Assembly: GCA_000965745.1 (NCBI GenBank)
Contig: CP009479.1
Span: 320,001 to 384,000, forward strand
DNA from: an uncultured archaeon
GTDB lineage: Archaea > Thermoplasmatota > Thermoplasmata > Thermoplasmatales > Thermoplasmataceae
Reading direction: 5' to 3'
Length of the DNA stretch: 64,000 nt
The notes under the pieces were generated by a model, which saw nothing but the letters and a program-made list of their open reading frames with translations, ran no database searches and had not been told where the DNA came from. Position numbers and translations under genes: made by a program. Shown piece after piece: positions 29,134 through 42,194 of the stretch. Positions within the stretch are counted from its first letter, which is position 1; each line of letters opens with the position of its first letter.

Positions 29134-30428
29134 TAACCGACTATTCCAGTGCCATAGAGAAGTACACCCCCTCTTCGGAAGAGAGAAAGAAGCTCAGCTC
29201 CATTTCGGATAAAGCAAGGGACTTCATTGATTCGTACTGCTCCAGCGAGGGCATAGATGCAGACGCAGTGCTCGTCGGATCAGTGGCCAAAGGGACAAAC
29301 CTGAAGGGTGCGGACCTTGATCTGTTCATACGGTTTGACAGGAAGTATTCCAGGAAGGAGATGGAAACGTTGGGCCTGGATATAGGCCACAAAGTGCTTT
29401 CCAACGGCATCGAGAGGTATGCGGAGCATCCCTATGTTACAGGGTTCATGGAAGGCGTCAAGCTTGATTTGGTGCCCTGCTACAGGATACTGCCCGGGCA
29501 GAAGAAGGTGAGCTCGGTTGACCGGACTCCCCTGCATACCGAATACGTGAAAACAAACCTTGACAGGTCCCAGCTCTCTGATGTCCTCCTCCTGAAAGTG
29601 TTTGCAAAGAGCATAGGAGTCTATGGTTCAGAGGTTACGACGTCAGGCTTCTCAGGATATATCTGCGAAATTCTAGTGATAGAATACGGATCCTTTGTGA
29701 ATGTCCTCAAGACCTTCGCGGGATGGAAGGGCAGCTTCAAACTGGGAAAGAATGAATATGTCGGGAAATTCAGGGACCCTGTAATCATCATCGACCCGGT
29801 TGACGATGACAGGAATGCCGCAGCTGCAATAAGCCGCGAGAACCTTTCAAGGATGATACTCGCTTCAAAGCTGTTCCTAAAGGGGAAGGAAAAGGATTTC
29901 TTCAATCTGGAGCGGCCCATGGGGCCCTTCAAGAGAGATGACAGGGGTACAGCTATCAGAATATTCTCAGTCCCCAGGCCCGACCTCATTGATGACGTGA
30001 TCTACCCGCAGGCCCTCAGGATGAAGAACTCAATTTGCAGCATACTTGAGAGGGAGGGTTTTGAGCCAATGGACAGCGAGGTGGAAGTCTCTGACAGAGT
30101 GAGGATACTCATAGAATGCAGGAGGGACAGGCCACCTGCTTTTGTCCTGCACAGGGGACCTCCCGTGGACTCGGACAACGTTCTTGACTTCATAGAGACC
30201 TGGAGACACAGGGATGTCCTTCGCGGGCCCTACATAAAAGAGGATAGGCTTTACATAGACCTCAAGGGGGGCAGGAAAAGCATTGAGGAGGCTGTTCTCG
30301 GGGATATCGGCCCGCTCAATATCGGGAAGAGCCTGAACAGATACAAGAGGGAGATCGGGATAGAATCGCCGGACCTCAGTGCCGAAGACCCGCTTCTCCA
30401 GAGATTCCTCGCGAGAGGGCTCTTCTGA
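29130..30428 (+). CDS. cca: CCA-adding enzyme
   Basis: VGSVAKGT..DLDLF, YAEHPY, DRTPLH, GFSGY. Confidence 0.95.
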   Translation: MITDYSSAIEKYTPSSEERKKLSSISDKARDFIDSYCSSEGIDADAVLVGSVAKGTNLKGADLDLFIRFDRKYSRKEMETLGLDIGHKVLSNGIERYAEHPYVTGFMEGVKLDLVPCYRILPGQKKVSSVDRTPLHTEYVKTNLDRSQLSDVLLLKVFAKSIGVYGSEVTTSGFSGYICEILVIEYGSFVNVLKTFAGWKGSFKLGKNEYVGKFRDPVIIIDPVDDDRNAAAAISRENLSRMILASKLFLKGKEKDFFNLERPMGPFKRDDRGTAIRIFSVPRPDLIDDVIYPQALRMKNSICSILEREGFEPMDSEVEVSDRVRILIECRRDRPPAFVLHRGPPVDSDNVLDFIETWRHRDVLRGPYIKEDRLYIDLKGGRKSIEEAVLGDIGPLNIGKSLNRYKREIGIESPDLSAEDPLLQRFLARGLF

Positions 30429-30430
30429 CC

Positions 30431-30628
30431 CTATCCTCCCGAGAATACTTCCAGGAAGACCACCTCATCACTTTCAGAAACCGTCTCTTCATCAGTGGCC
30501 GGAGAGCCATTGACCAGCGATATGTACTGGTCTTCACGCAGCTTCATGGATTCCCGGAGAGCGCCGACTTTAACGTTCCCGTCTATGTTTTTGCGAACCT
30601 GTTCCCTTCCTACAACTTTTACCGGCAT
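30431..30628 (-). CDS. Ubiquitin-like sulfur carrier (SAMP/MoaD/ThiS)
   Basis: 65 aa with LVNG and C-terminal VFSGG. Confidence 0.88.
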   Translation of the reverse strand: MPVKVVGREQVRKNIDGNVKVGALRESMKLREDQYISLVNGSPATDEETVSESDEVVFLEVFSGG

Positions 30629-30642
30629 GAAAGTCTCCCTGA

Positions 30643-30715
30643 CAGCCCCGGACAGATTCGAACTGTCGTCGTCGGATTCAAAGTCCGATATGCTTGGCCT
30701 CTACACCACGGGGCT
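30643..30715 (-). tRNA. tRNA-Gln(TTG)
   Basis: AGCCCCGTGGTGTAGAGGCCAAGCATATCGGACTTTGAATCCGACGACGACAGTTCGAATCTGTCCGGGGCTG; A1-U72 is typical of archaeal tRNA-Gln. Confidence 0.95.
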
Positions 30716-30781
30716 ACTACCTGCGTTAATTTGTGTCACATATATATTTTCATCGGGTGACGGTTTTCCTGCATCACACGT

Positions 30782-31957
30782 TCAGACTCTTTCAACAATT
30801 GCACCGTTTGCCATCCCTCCCCCTTCGCAGATAGCGATCAGGGCCCGGTCCTTTTTGTCCCTCATCATGGTGTTCAGGGTGGTGGCAAGGATCCTCGTTC
30901 CTGTTGCCCCCAGCGGGTGGCCCAGAGCAATCGCTCCCCCATGCGGATTCAGTTTGCCCATGGGAACATCGAAGTGTTTCTGCCATGCAAGGACTACCGG
31001 CGCAAATGCCTCATTCACCTCGAATACATCAATATCATCAATTTCAAGCCCCGCTTTCATGAGCACTTTCTCAGTAACCGGAATCGGCCCCTTGAGCATC
31101 GTAACTGGATCAACCCCGACTGCTCCCAGTGAGATTATTTTCGCCTTGGGTTCCAGGCCATGCCCGCTCAGTGCATTTTCAGACGCAATGACAGAAATGC
31201 TGGCCCCGTCAGAGATCTGGCTTGAGTTTCCCGCTGTTATCAGGTCCAGCCCTTCAAAGGCGGGCTTCAATGAGGCGAGTTTTTCAAGGCTTGTATTCCT
31301 CCTGACACCCTCGTCCGTGTCCATGACCTTCATTTCACCCGGCCCGGATGGATCTTCCACTTCCACCGGAACAATCTCGTGCTTGAAATGCCCTGATGAA
31401 TCCCCTGCATTAACGTGGCTCCTCAGGCTTAACCTGTCAAGCTCTTCCCGGGATATTTCAAACTCCCTGGCAATCATTTCAGCACCCGCTGCCTGGCTGA
31501 ACCATTTTCCCCCCAAGCTGTACCTGTTTTCCAGTGAATCGGTAATTGGGGAACCCCTGGTTTCGATATTTGAGAACATGGGCACCCTTGTCATGGATTC
31601 CACGCCGCCCGCAACGACGAGGTTCTGCATCCCGGACATTATTCCGGATGATGCGAACTGGACGGCCTGAAGGCTTGAACCGCACTGCCTGTCCACGGTT
31701 ACTCCGGGTGTTGTCTCGGGATAACCTGAAGAGAGCCATGCATTCCTCGCGATGTTCGCACCCTGCTCTCCTATCTGGTCTACACAACCGATTATGACAT
31801 CCTCCACCTGTTCCGGCGCAACACCATTTCTTGTGAGCGTCTCCTTCATGAGTCCTGAAAGGAGATCCACAGGGTTTATGCCCCTGAGTGCACCGTTCCT
31901 CCTGCCGAGCGGCGTCCTCAGAGCATCCACAACGTAAGCAGTTTTTATCTCAGCCAT
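30782..31957 (-). CDS. Acetyl-CoA C-acyltransferase (thiolase)
   Basis: Intact QCGSS, NEAF, GHP and CEGGG motifs. Confidence 0.95.
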   Translation of the reverse strand: MAEIKTAYVVDALRTPLGRRNGALRGINPVDLLSGLMKETLTRNGVAPEQVEDVIIGCVDQIGEQGANIARNAWLSSGYPETTPGVTVDRQCGSSLQAVQFASSGIMSGMQNLVVAGGVESMTRVPMFSNIETRGSPITDSLENRYSLGGKWFSQAAGAEMIAREFEISREELDRLSLRSHVNAGDSSGHFKHEIVPVEVEDPSGPGEMKVMDTDEGVRRNTSLEKLASLKPAFEGLDLITAGNSSQISDGASISVIASENALSGHGLEPKAKIISLGAVGVDPVTMLKGPIPVTEKVLMKAGLEIDDIDVFEVNEAFAPVVLAWQKHFDVPMGKLNPHGGAIALGHPLGATGTRILATTLNTMMRDKKDRALIAICEGGGMANGAIVERV

Positions 31958-32025
31958 TTAAATGCCCCTATTATTGACTGGATTACTACAAAACCTTATA
32001 ACTCTTTAACGGGCTGAGTGAGACC

Positions 32026-32484
32026 ATGGCACTTAGCATGGGCACCAGGGCCCCTGATTTTGAGGGAAAGACGGATGAAGGCAGCCAGATAAGGCTTTAC
32101 GAGGTTCTGAACAGCGGACCGGTAGTGCTCTATTTCTATCCAAAGGACGAGACTCCCGGCTGCACAAAAGAGGCCTGCACCTTCAGGGACAATTGGGATG
32201 AGATAAGGGAGCTGGGAGGCACAGTTCTTGGCGTGAGCTCGGATTCCGTCGAGTCGCACAAATCATTCAAGGAGCACAGGAAGCTTCAATTCACCCTCGT
32301 ATCGGATCCGGACGGGAAGATCAGGTCGATGTATCAGGCAAAGGGGGCTCTTCTCCCCGACAGAATAACCTATGTGATAGACACCGACGGAACGATAAAG
32401 CACGTGTACAAATCACAACTGAATGCATCAAGGCACGCAGACGAGGCAATAAATGCCCTTAAGGTACTGAAGCCCGAAAAGTGA
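32026..32484 (+). CDS. bcp: Peroxiredoxin BCP
   Basis: YFYPKDETPGCTKEAC. Confidence 0.92.
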   Translation: MALSMGTRAPDFEGKTDEGSQIRLYEVLNSGPVVLYFYPKDETPGCTKEACTFRDNWDEIRELGGTVLGVSSDSVESHKSFKEHRKLQFTLVSDPDGKIRSMYQAKGALLPDRITYVIDTDGTIKHVYKSQLNASRHADEAINALKVLKPEK

Positions 32485-32522
32485 ATAATTGTAAAAGCTG
32501 AATAATAAAAAATGGTGTTTGT

Positions 32523-32954
32523 TTATGGTGTTATCTTAATAGCTCTGGTAGGACAAACACTTTCACAAGCCATGCAGAAAATGCACTCGCTCTCTCTGAT
32601 AGGGTCGCACTTGTCAGTTCTGTATTTGTCATAGAGTTCTTTATCGCTGGAAATGTCCTTGTCGTTTCCGGTGCCCATCTCGCCTGAGTTGAGCTCCCAT
32701 TCGAAGAGACTGACCGGGCAGACATCCATGCATGCTCCGTCAGCTATGCATGCTTCCCAATCTACAGCAACGTGACTTCCATGTATACCGAACTTTGTGG
32801 GGTTAGGGTTTCCCTCTGCATCGGTTCTCTGAACTCCCTCTGCCCTGACCTCGTGCTCGTGATGGTTTCCTGTTACCGGATAGTTGTCCTGATCATCAAG
32901 GAAATTCTCATCTATGGGTTTGGGCTTATAGTCCAAGGACTCTAATTTGACCAA
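32523..32954 (-). CDS. zfx: Zinc-containing ferredoxin
   Basis: CIADGACMDVCP and CIFCMACESVCP with Thermoplasma-type His-rich N-terminal extension. Confidence 0.93.
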   Translation of the reverse strand: MVKLESLDYKPKPIDENFLDDQDNYPVTGNHHEHEVRAEGVQRTDAEGNPNPTKFGIHGSHVAVDWEACIADGACMDVCPVSLFEWELNSGEMGTGNDKDISSDKELYDKYRTDKCDPIRESECIFCMACESVCPTRAIKITP

Positions 32955-33207
32955 ATAATCACCATTACCTTATCGTCAGGAAGTTATTTAAATTCTACGT
33001 TGTGGAATCCGTGAAAATAAGTCTATTACACAGTGCAAGCGCAAAAACACGTTACAGTATAGCCAGAGAGACTTGCCCGGAATTCGGATTGCCCTGTGTC
33101 CTGGAAATCTGCTCCCTTAAGGGTTTAAGCGAATTTTTGCCGAATCCTGGCGGACCGGTCCCGGCATTCTCTGATAAAATTTTATTTGATGGTTTGATAC
33201 GGATAGT

Positions 33208-34224
33208 ATGCCGAGTGCCAATCAGAGATCAGTAGATCGAAAAGCGCAGGGGGAATTCATAAGCACATTCATAAGGCAGCTGAAATTTAAGAGGGAGGAC
33301 TTCAGAACCATAGGCAGTTTTGGAGGGTTTACGTCTCTTGTTGACCTTGGTAATTTTGCTGTATCAATAAACACCGACGGTGTGGGGACCAAGACCATGA
33401 TAGCTGAAGAAGCCAACAGGTGGGACACCGTGGGAATAGACTGCATTGCCATGAACGTGAATGATGCCATTACAGCCGGATCTGAGCCAATAGCCATGGT
33501 TGATTACCTGTCCACAAAGGAGCCGAACCAGGAGGTGGCAAGGCAGCTTGGAACAGGTTTCAATGTCGGGGCACAGATGTCCAACCTGACAATTGTTGGC
33601 GGCGAGACTGCAATAGTTCCCGATCTGGTGAAATACCTCGATGTTTCCGGAACTGTATTCGGGATAGTGCAGAAGAGCCAGATAGTCAATGGGGAGGGCA
33701 TAAGTGACGGTGACCTGATATTCGGGCTCCAGAGCAGCGGTTTGCATTCAAACGGCTTTACCACTGTGAGGGACATTCTCAAGAAGAACGAAATTGACAT
33801 ATTTGACACCTTCCCGGGCGACAACAAGAAGGGTGTGGACGTTCTTCTCGAACCGACCCGGATCTATGTCAGGGAGATACTTGACGTAATGAATATAGTC
33901 AGGATCAAAGGGATGGCCAACATAACGGGAGGCGGCATAAGGAACCTTTCAAGGATGAAGGACATGCTTTATGTCCTTGATGACCCGATTGAGCCCCAGA
34001 ACGTTTTCAGCAAGCTCATGGAGATGGGCGATCTCACTTACGGGCAGATGTTTGAGATTTTCAACATGGGAACAGGATTCACCGTTGTAGTGGACCAGGA
34101 CAGCAGGCTTGATTTCATAAACACACTGAGAAACAGGGTACCGTTCAAGGAGATAGGCCACGTTGAGAACGGCACCGGAATTCAGATACCGAAGTATTCA
34201 GTGGAGTTTTCTGGATACTACTGA
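33208..34224 (+). CDS. purM: AIR synthetase
   Basis: TDGVGTK, GGETA, SSGLHSNGF, NITGGG, FNMGTG. Confidence 0.97.
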   Translation: MPSANQRSVDRKAQGEFISTFIRQLKFKREDFRTIGSFGGFTSLVDLGNFAVSINTDGVGTKTMIAEEANRWDTVGIDCIAMNVNDAITAGSEPIAMVDYLSTKEPNQEVARQLGTGFNVGAQMSNLTIVGGETAIVPDLVKYLDVSGTVFGIVQKSQIVNGEGISDGDLIFGLQSSGLHSNGFTTVRDILKKNEIDIFDTFPGDNKKGVDVLLEPTRIYVREILDVMNIVRIKGMANITGGGIRNLSRMKDMLYVLDDPIEPQNVFSKLMEMGDLTYGQMFEIFNMGTGFTVVVDQDSRLDFINTLRNRVPFKEIGHVENGTGIQIPKYSVEFSGYY

Positions 34225-34288
34225 ATTCAATTTTTTGTCATTGTTTATAAAACGAACAGCTTAAATGTTAGAATGATCTGTAGAAATC

Positions 34289-34639
34289 ATGAAAGTCATA
34301 GCTGTTGTAGATGAAGAAAACTACATAACTCCTCTGGAGTACGGAAACTCAATCATGGAAATTGATTCTGAGAGCAAAGAGATCAGGGAATATGAGAATC
34401 CTGGATTCGGCGCTCCCTTCGGAGGCAAGGAAAGAGCAATGCAGGGGATCCTTGGCCTTAATGCGGATGCGATGATTGTCAAGGAAGGTGTTCTCTGCCC
34501 TGGATCATACCATATGTCACTTGGCAAGATGAAGTACATCCCCGTCGAGGAGGAGAAACTCGACGATGTATTGAAAAACCTGAACGAACTCGAAGGCAAA
34601 ACGCAGCCTGAGCTCGATATAACAATGTGGAGAGAGTAA
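34289..34639 (+). CDS. NifX/NifB-like small protein
   Basis: YENPG...GGK...LCPGS. Confidence 0.55.
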   Translation: MKVIAVVDEENYITPLEYGNSIMEIDSESKEIREYENPGFGAPFGGKERAMQGILGLNADAMIVKEGVLCPGSYHMSLGKMKYIPVEEEKLDDVLKNLNELEGKTQPELDITMWRE

Positions 34640-34640
34640 T

Positions 34641-35216
34641 TCAACTTCTCCCTTTATTTTCCCCTTTTTTCATAGCGCCTGCGATCATGTGTGCGAGCCT
34701 CACCGGTTCCGGTATGTTGCCCCTTATTATCGTCCTGTTGACAAGTTCTGTTGCTTCACCCTCTGAGATTCCGGCCAGATTGGCATAGACTGATTTCTTT
34801 GACTTGAGTTCAATAGGTACAGTTTCTGTTTTTTCAAGTATGTGGATCCTGGCCTCATAATCCGAAAAGTGTTTTTTCAGTGCGGCCTTCATTTCTTCCA
34901 GGCTGGGTTCCTTCCTTGTGACCGAAACCACGGGCCTTCCTGTCCTGGCATAGACCTCCGTTATATCACAGATATTGAAGCCGGCAAAAGTTATCCCATT
35001 CAGCATAATGTAATCTATCTGGCTGGAAAAGTGGGTTTCAAACATGGACAGTATCTGTTCAGTGGAGTCAAGGCCATCGATTGATACCCTGCGGGTGGCC
35101 ACCCCCTCGACATAACCATCCAGCCTTGCCATGACCCCGGCAAGATAGGTGTGCGTATCTACATCCCTGTCAAACGGGCCGTCATCCACTCCCAGAACGC
35201 GCTTAAACTCTTTCAT
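34641..35216 (-). CDS. DUF99/UPF0215 endonuclease V-like protein
   Basis: GVDDGPF, DGLDST, GITFAGFN, PEPVRLAH. Confidence 0.9.
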   Translation of the reverse strand: MKEFKRVLGVDDGPFDRDVDTHTYLAGVMARLDGYVEGVATRRVSIDGLDSTEQILSMFETHFSSQIDYIMLNGITFAGFNICDITEVYARTGRPVVSVTRKEPSLEEMKAALKKHFSDYEARIHILEKTETVPIELKSKKSVYANLAGISEGEATELVNRTIIRGNIPEPVRLAHMIAGAMKKGENKGRS

Positions 35217-35499
35217 GGATAGGTCATGATCCCGTTAATGTGGTATAACTTTGACTTTTTTGCGCACTTATGAAAAATTCCGGCCTTTTGGAAATCATGA
35301 TCGTCTTATTCGCAGGAACCTTCCAAAAGTCTATTATACCCTCTATGTTCGTTACCAAAACGCTTATATCAGCGCAAGATATACCAAGTTTACACGCGCC
35401 AGATGCACCTTCTAAAGACGCTTTAGAAGGGAAGGGTAAGAGGTTTAACGACCAATGACGCCAGCCTAATTAAAGTCACAACAAAATGGATTGTGTAAA

Positions 35500-38397
<2,898 letters not shown>

Positions 38398-38649
38398 CAC
38401 AATCCATGTTAAAGGATCATAAATAGGCTGGCGTTTTAAATCTTACCAAGCGTCGTGTATTTTTATTTTTTTATTATTTTTACTGCATGTGCTGTACTCG
38501 AGTCAAAAAACAGATATTGGAATGTTATATGTGTGCTGCTTCACATCCGGGAATGAAAATTTCAGTGTAGTGCAAATTTATTTGCTTTTTATATTAATGT
38601 GCTGGTGTAACCGCAACGATCGGGCGAACCTGCAAAAGGAAATGTTCTT

Positions 38650-38843
38650 AAAATCCCGTATTCATCGCGCTTTTTTCTGGCTCAGTCCTGTCAGCGACAG
38701 GAGCTTCAGCGGCTGGAATAGCCATATTATGGCTGGCTTATTCCTCCCCAGGATCTGCAATAGATATTGTATATGCAGGAATAGCTCTGATCGTCCCGAC
38801 GATCATATTCGGCCTCTTATCCGGAGGGCTGAACAAAGATTGA
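38650..38843 (+). pseudogene. MFS transporter N-terminal fragment
   Basis: Alternative frame reads NPVFIALFSGSVLSATG...ILWLAY..PGSAIDI...VPTIIFGLLSGGL then stops, next to the IS remnant. Confidence 0.55.
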
Positions 38844-38854
38844 TCGGCCATCAT

Positions 38855-39129
38855 TCAACAAAATTGAGCTGGAAACCCACTTCCGAAAGGGAGGGGATGA
38901 AAGCGAAATCTTTCCCTATTTTCCAGAAATAATACATTGCTCACCAGCAGACAGAATTGAAGAAGGGTCGGATAACGTGTAGCTCCATGCGTTCCTGTGT
39001 CCGTAAAGTCAGGTGGCTGAGCATGGAGGACATAGTACCTTCGGGCCGAGGGGAATTCAAGCCTGTGGAGATTCCGCTGGTAACCGTGGAAGCAGGAAGC
39101 CCCTTTCGAAGGATAGGGGAGCAGGTCAC
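38855..39129 (+). mobile_element. Non-autonomous IS200/IS605 derivative retaining both ends and an omega-RNA-like region
   Basis: Left hairpin CCCACTTCCGAAAGGGAGGGG. tnpB 3'-type sequence GAATTCAAGCCTGTGGAG...GAAGCAGGAAGCCCCT...AGGGGAGCAGG ending in TCAC. Confidence 0.7.
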
Positions 39130-39177
39130 TCGACAAGAAATCCTAATTGCTTATATTAGAGACCTGTCTGTTTAAAT

Positions 39178-39585
39178 GTGAATCCTGTTGGAAAACCGCG
39201 CGGTAGAGGCTTTTTAGCAGTCACAGCCATTTGGCGCGCCTTGTCGCTGGCCTCAGTTATCATGACAATAGTGGGTCTAGCTTACGCAACATGGTTCAAC
39301 CAGGTAATGGCTGGAGCCAATCCCGTTAATTTCATTCTGAGGTATGATCTTATTGTAGCTTGTCTGCTTTTGTTACCGCCTGTGATGTTACTGCTGAAGG
39401 TGAGTGTTGGCCTCTGTTCAATACCAGTTATGTTAGTTGCCATTGCCTTAACCTGGACTTCATTTGTTGCTGGAACTCAACTCCTTGTTATTGCATCAGT
39501 CTTCAACTTCATCCTGTTGAAGCCCATAGTAGACCTGCGCGACCAACGCCTTGTACAGAAAAAGATTCGAGAAATGCGTCAATGA
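39178..39585 (+). CDS. Hypothetical membrane protein
   Basis: Hydrophobic 135-aa ORF. Confidence 0.6.
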   Translation: MNPVGKPRGRGFLAVTAIWRALSLASVIMTIVGLAYATWFNQVMAGANPVNFILRYDLIVACLLLLPPVMLLLKVSVGLCSIPVMLVAIALTWTSFVAGTQLLVIASVFNFILLKPIVDLRDQRLVQKKIREMRQ

Positions 39586-39670
39586 GGGATCTCCATTATT
39601 CTCCCTCAATTTTGGTCCTTTTCCATTTAATGCCTCTTCAGCCAATATTAATATATTCCACGAAGTTGAG

Positions 39671-40171
39671 ATGATCGTGGAAGGTGGACAAACCATTAAT
39701 TGCCCCAACTGCGAGGCCCCGGTGCCCGAAGACGCAGCTTACTGTCCCTCATGTGGCGCACCTCTTGCTGTTCTCACAGAGAGAGTTTCCCTTCCTGCAG
39801 GCGTGCTTCTTATTGCTTTCTTCCAGATAATCGGGTCTTTCCTCTTCCTTCTGTCAAGTTATTCAGCAGGTTCAATAATCTTTATGCTGCTCGATTTCCT
39901 TCTAATCCTCCTGGGTTTCGCCTTCTTCATGGGATACGCCGTGGCGAGATGGGTGATGGTTTTTGTATTCCCTGTGGTCATCTTTTCGCTGGTAATCTAT
40001 GCAGTGAACTTTCTTTCCCTCTACAGATCCCCTCCTGTTTCTGGTGCTGACATTGCAGCACTTGTTATCTCAGCCATATCGTTTATCTACCTTCTGACAC
40101 CTGGTGTCGGGATGTATTTCGAGCTGGCTGCAAAAAGAAGGGTAGACAGGATGGAAAACACAATGGGTTAG
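39671..40171 (+). CDS. Zinc-ribbon domain membrane protein
   Basis: CPNCEAPVPEDAAYCPSCG followed by about four TM segments; ATG 39671 preferred. Confidence 0.75.
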   Translation: MIVEGGQTINCPNCEAPVPEDAAYCPSCGAPLAVLTERVSLPAGVLLIAFFQIIGSFLFLLSSYSAGSIIFMLLDFLLILLGFAFFMGYAVARWVMVFVFPVVIFSLVIYAVNFLSLYRSPPVSGADIAALVISAISFIYLLTPGVGMYFELAAKRRVDRMENTMG

Positions 40172-40183
40172 TGTTCCCTGATA

Positions 40184-40636
40184 TCAAGCCTGACCGTTTT
40201 CTGACGATTTTGGCCCATTGTCATTGGAACTTATCGAGCTATTCATGGCTTTCATCAACTCGCTTGCATTTTCACCAACTGCAGTAAGATTAACGGTGTA
40301 CGTTCCCCGGCCATTCCGGACGATATCCAGGTAGATCCTGTTCCAGGGGGAAGAGAAGTAGGCGATCAAGATCATGATTGCAAAAACGATGTCGAGAATG
40401 AATGCAACGACAAACCAGGGAGAGTTCATGTCTGAAAATGTGTAAAGAAGAGAGCCAAACTGCCCCAGAATAAGTATGGCGAAAAGAATTCCATTCAGGT
40501 TCCTCAGGCCGGTCGCCTCAATGTGTGAATCTTTGATCCTGTGAACGATCCTGTACTTTTTTCCGAGAACAAGTTCCTCGGCTTTCAGGAAAGCCCTGGA
40601 CGGTTCCGATCCGATCTCAAAATCAGCCGAAGGCAC
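40184..40636 (-). CDS. Hypothetical membrane protein
   Basis: Two TM segments. Confidence 0.6.
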   Translation of the reverse strand: MPSADFEIGSEPSRAFLKAEELVLGKKYRIVHRIKDSHIEATGLRNLNGILFAILILGQFGSLLYTFSDMNSPWFVVAFILDIVFAIMILIAYFSSPWNRIYLDIVRNGRGTYTVNLTAVGENASELMKAMNSSISSNDNGPKSSENGQA

Positions 40637-40690
40637 ACAAAAGTACTCATATTTTCATATATAATAATTTGCCGGATAAAAATAAGGGGA

Positions 40691-41551
40691 TCAGGAAGCC
40701 TCCTTTGACTTCCTTTTGTTGAGGCTCTCGTTCAGTTCGGACGTTATTCCGTCGAAGATCTGCTTAAGAGTGTCGTTGATCTCCACTGCAGGGATTCCCT
40801 CGTCGGCTTTCTCGACAACCTCCGTCACGAGCGGGATCCTTCCAAGAAATGTGACGTTGTTCTCCTTTGCGGACTTCTCCCCGCCGCCTCTCTTGAATAT
40901 GTCAATGGTCTCGCCGCAGTGTGGGCAAACAAATCCGCTCATGTTCTCAACTATCCCAAGAACAGGCAGCTTCAGCTGGGACGCGAAGTTCATCGCCTTC
41001 TTAGCATCGAGAAGTGCAACGTCCTGGGGCGTAACTACAACTACAATTCCATCCGCGTCCGGAACAAGCTGGGACACGGTAAGGGCCTCATCGCCGGTTC
41101 CAGGTGGCATATCCAGGATGACATAATCCATGTCTTCCCATACTACATCCTCGAGGAACTGCTGGACGGCCTTGTGCCTGAGCGCCCCTCTCCATATGAC
41201 TGCCGTCTCTTCCGAAGGCAGGAGGAAAGCCATCGAGATGACCTTCACGCCATATTTTGTCTCGAGGGGGAGTATCTCCCCCTTCTCGGTGGCGTAGACT
41301 TTCTCCTTGTCCACGCCGAGCATTTTGGGGTCATCAGGCCCGTTGATATCGGCGTCGAGAAGGCCAACCTTGAAACCCTGCTTCGCAAGCGTAACCGCAA
41401 GATTGACTGCAATCGTTGATTTTCCGACTCCGCCTTTTCCGCTCATCACCATGATGGTGTGCTTGACTCCCCTGTACTTCTCCGATTTTCCCGGAGGCTG
41501 AACCATGGGAGTCGGGGGCGGTTTATTCATTTTGATTGTACCTGTAGGCAT
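40691..41551 (-). CDS. apbC: Mrp/NBP35 Fe-S carrier ATPase
   Basis: SGKGGVGKS, DMPPGTGD, ENMS..CPHC. Confidence 0.93.
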   Translation of the reverse strand: MPTGTIKMNKPPPTPMVQPPGKSEKYRGVKHTIMVMSGKGGVGKSTIAVNLAVTLAKQGFKVGLLDADINGPDDPKMLGVDKEKVYATEKGEILPLETKYGVKVISMAFLLPSEETAVIWRGALRHKAVQQFLEDVVWEDMDYVILDMPPGTGDEALTVSQLVPDADGIVVVVTPQDVALLDAKKAMNFASQLKLPVLGIVENMSGFVCPHCGETIDIFKRGGGEKSAKENNVTFLGRIPLVTEVVEKADEGIPAVEINDTLKQIFDGITSELNESLNKRKSKEAS

Positions 41552-41651
41552 GGTTGAAAATAACAACTTACTATTTTATCTTAAGCGATTGATTTCCGCG
41601 ATTCTGCGGATTCTTCAACGCCTGTGCAGGCCTCCTGCACAAATTTAAAAC

Positions 41652-42116
41652 GTGAGCGGCGATTCTGCATCCAACATGTTCAAGAACGGCTGTGTTTTCT
41701 GCGACGATGTTGTGAGGCATCACAGGGCTTCCATCGTGTACGAGGACGATTACACCATGGCATTCATGGACATAGCCCCTGTCGAGAGCGGGCATGTGCT
41801 TGTGATTCCCAAAGACCATTTTGTGAACATTTTCGATATCGATTCCTCAAGGTTCGCAAAGGTCCACGAGCTCTCAAGGGTCCTTTCAAAGGCCGTCATG
41901 AAGGCAGTCGGTGCGGACGCCATAAACATCGGCCAGAACAATGGCCCCTGCGCAAACCAGAGAGTGATGCATTACCATCTCCACATCATACCGAGATGGT
42001 GCGACAGGCACCTGAACTGGGAAAGGGGAGAGGCCGACGGGGATGAACTCGATTCGGTCGCCGGAATGATAAGGGACGTATTTCAGGAATTTGAGGAAGA
42101 ACTGAATTTTCAGTGA
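41652..42116 (+). CDS. HIT family hydrolase
   Basis: CVFC, GHVLVIPK, HYHLHIIPR. Confidence 0.93.
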   Translation: MSGDSASNMFKNGCVFCDDVVRHHRASIVYEDDYTMAFMDIAPVESGHVLVIPKDHFVNIFDIDSSRFAKVHELSRVLSKAVMKAVGADAINIGQNNGPCANQRVMHYHLHIIPRWCDRHLNWERGEADGDELDSVAGMIRDVFQEFEEELNFQ

Positions 42117-42194
42117 TAAGTTAGCCAAAATTCTAATATTTAAAGAAGATAGGCTCAATGATCATAATCCATCGAAGTGAACAGAGTGATTAAA

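Noticed and set aside
30495-31670. 391-aa plus-strand ORF and similar long antisense ORFs over core genes
   Set aside because: Antisense shadows of recognisable genes; this one also overlaps a tRNA.
38855-39175. RNase P RNA, SRP RNA or protein-coding ORFs
   Set aside because: No GAGGAAAGTCC/AACAGAA P4 signature or SRP motifs; IS605-type ends explain the structure better.
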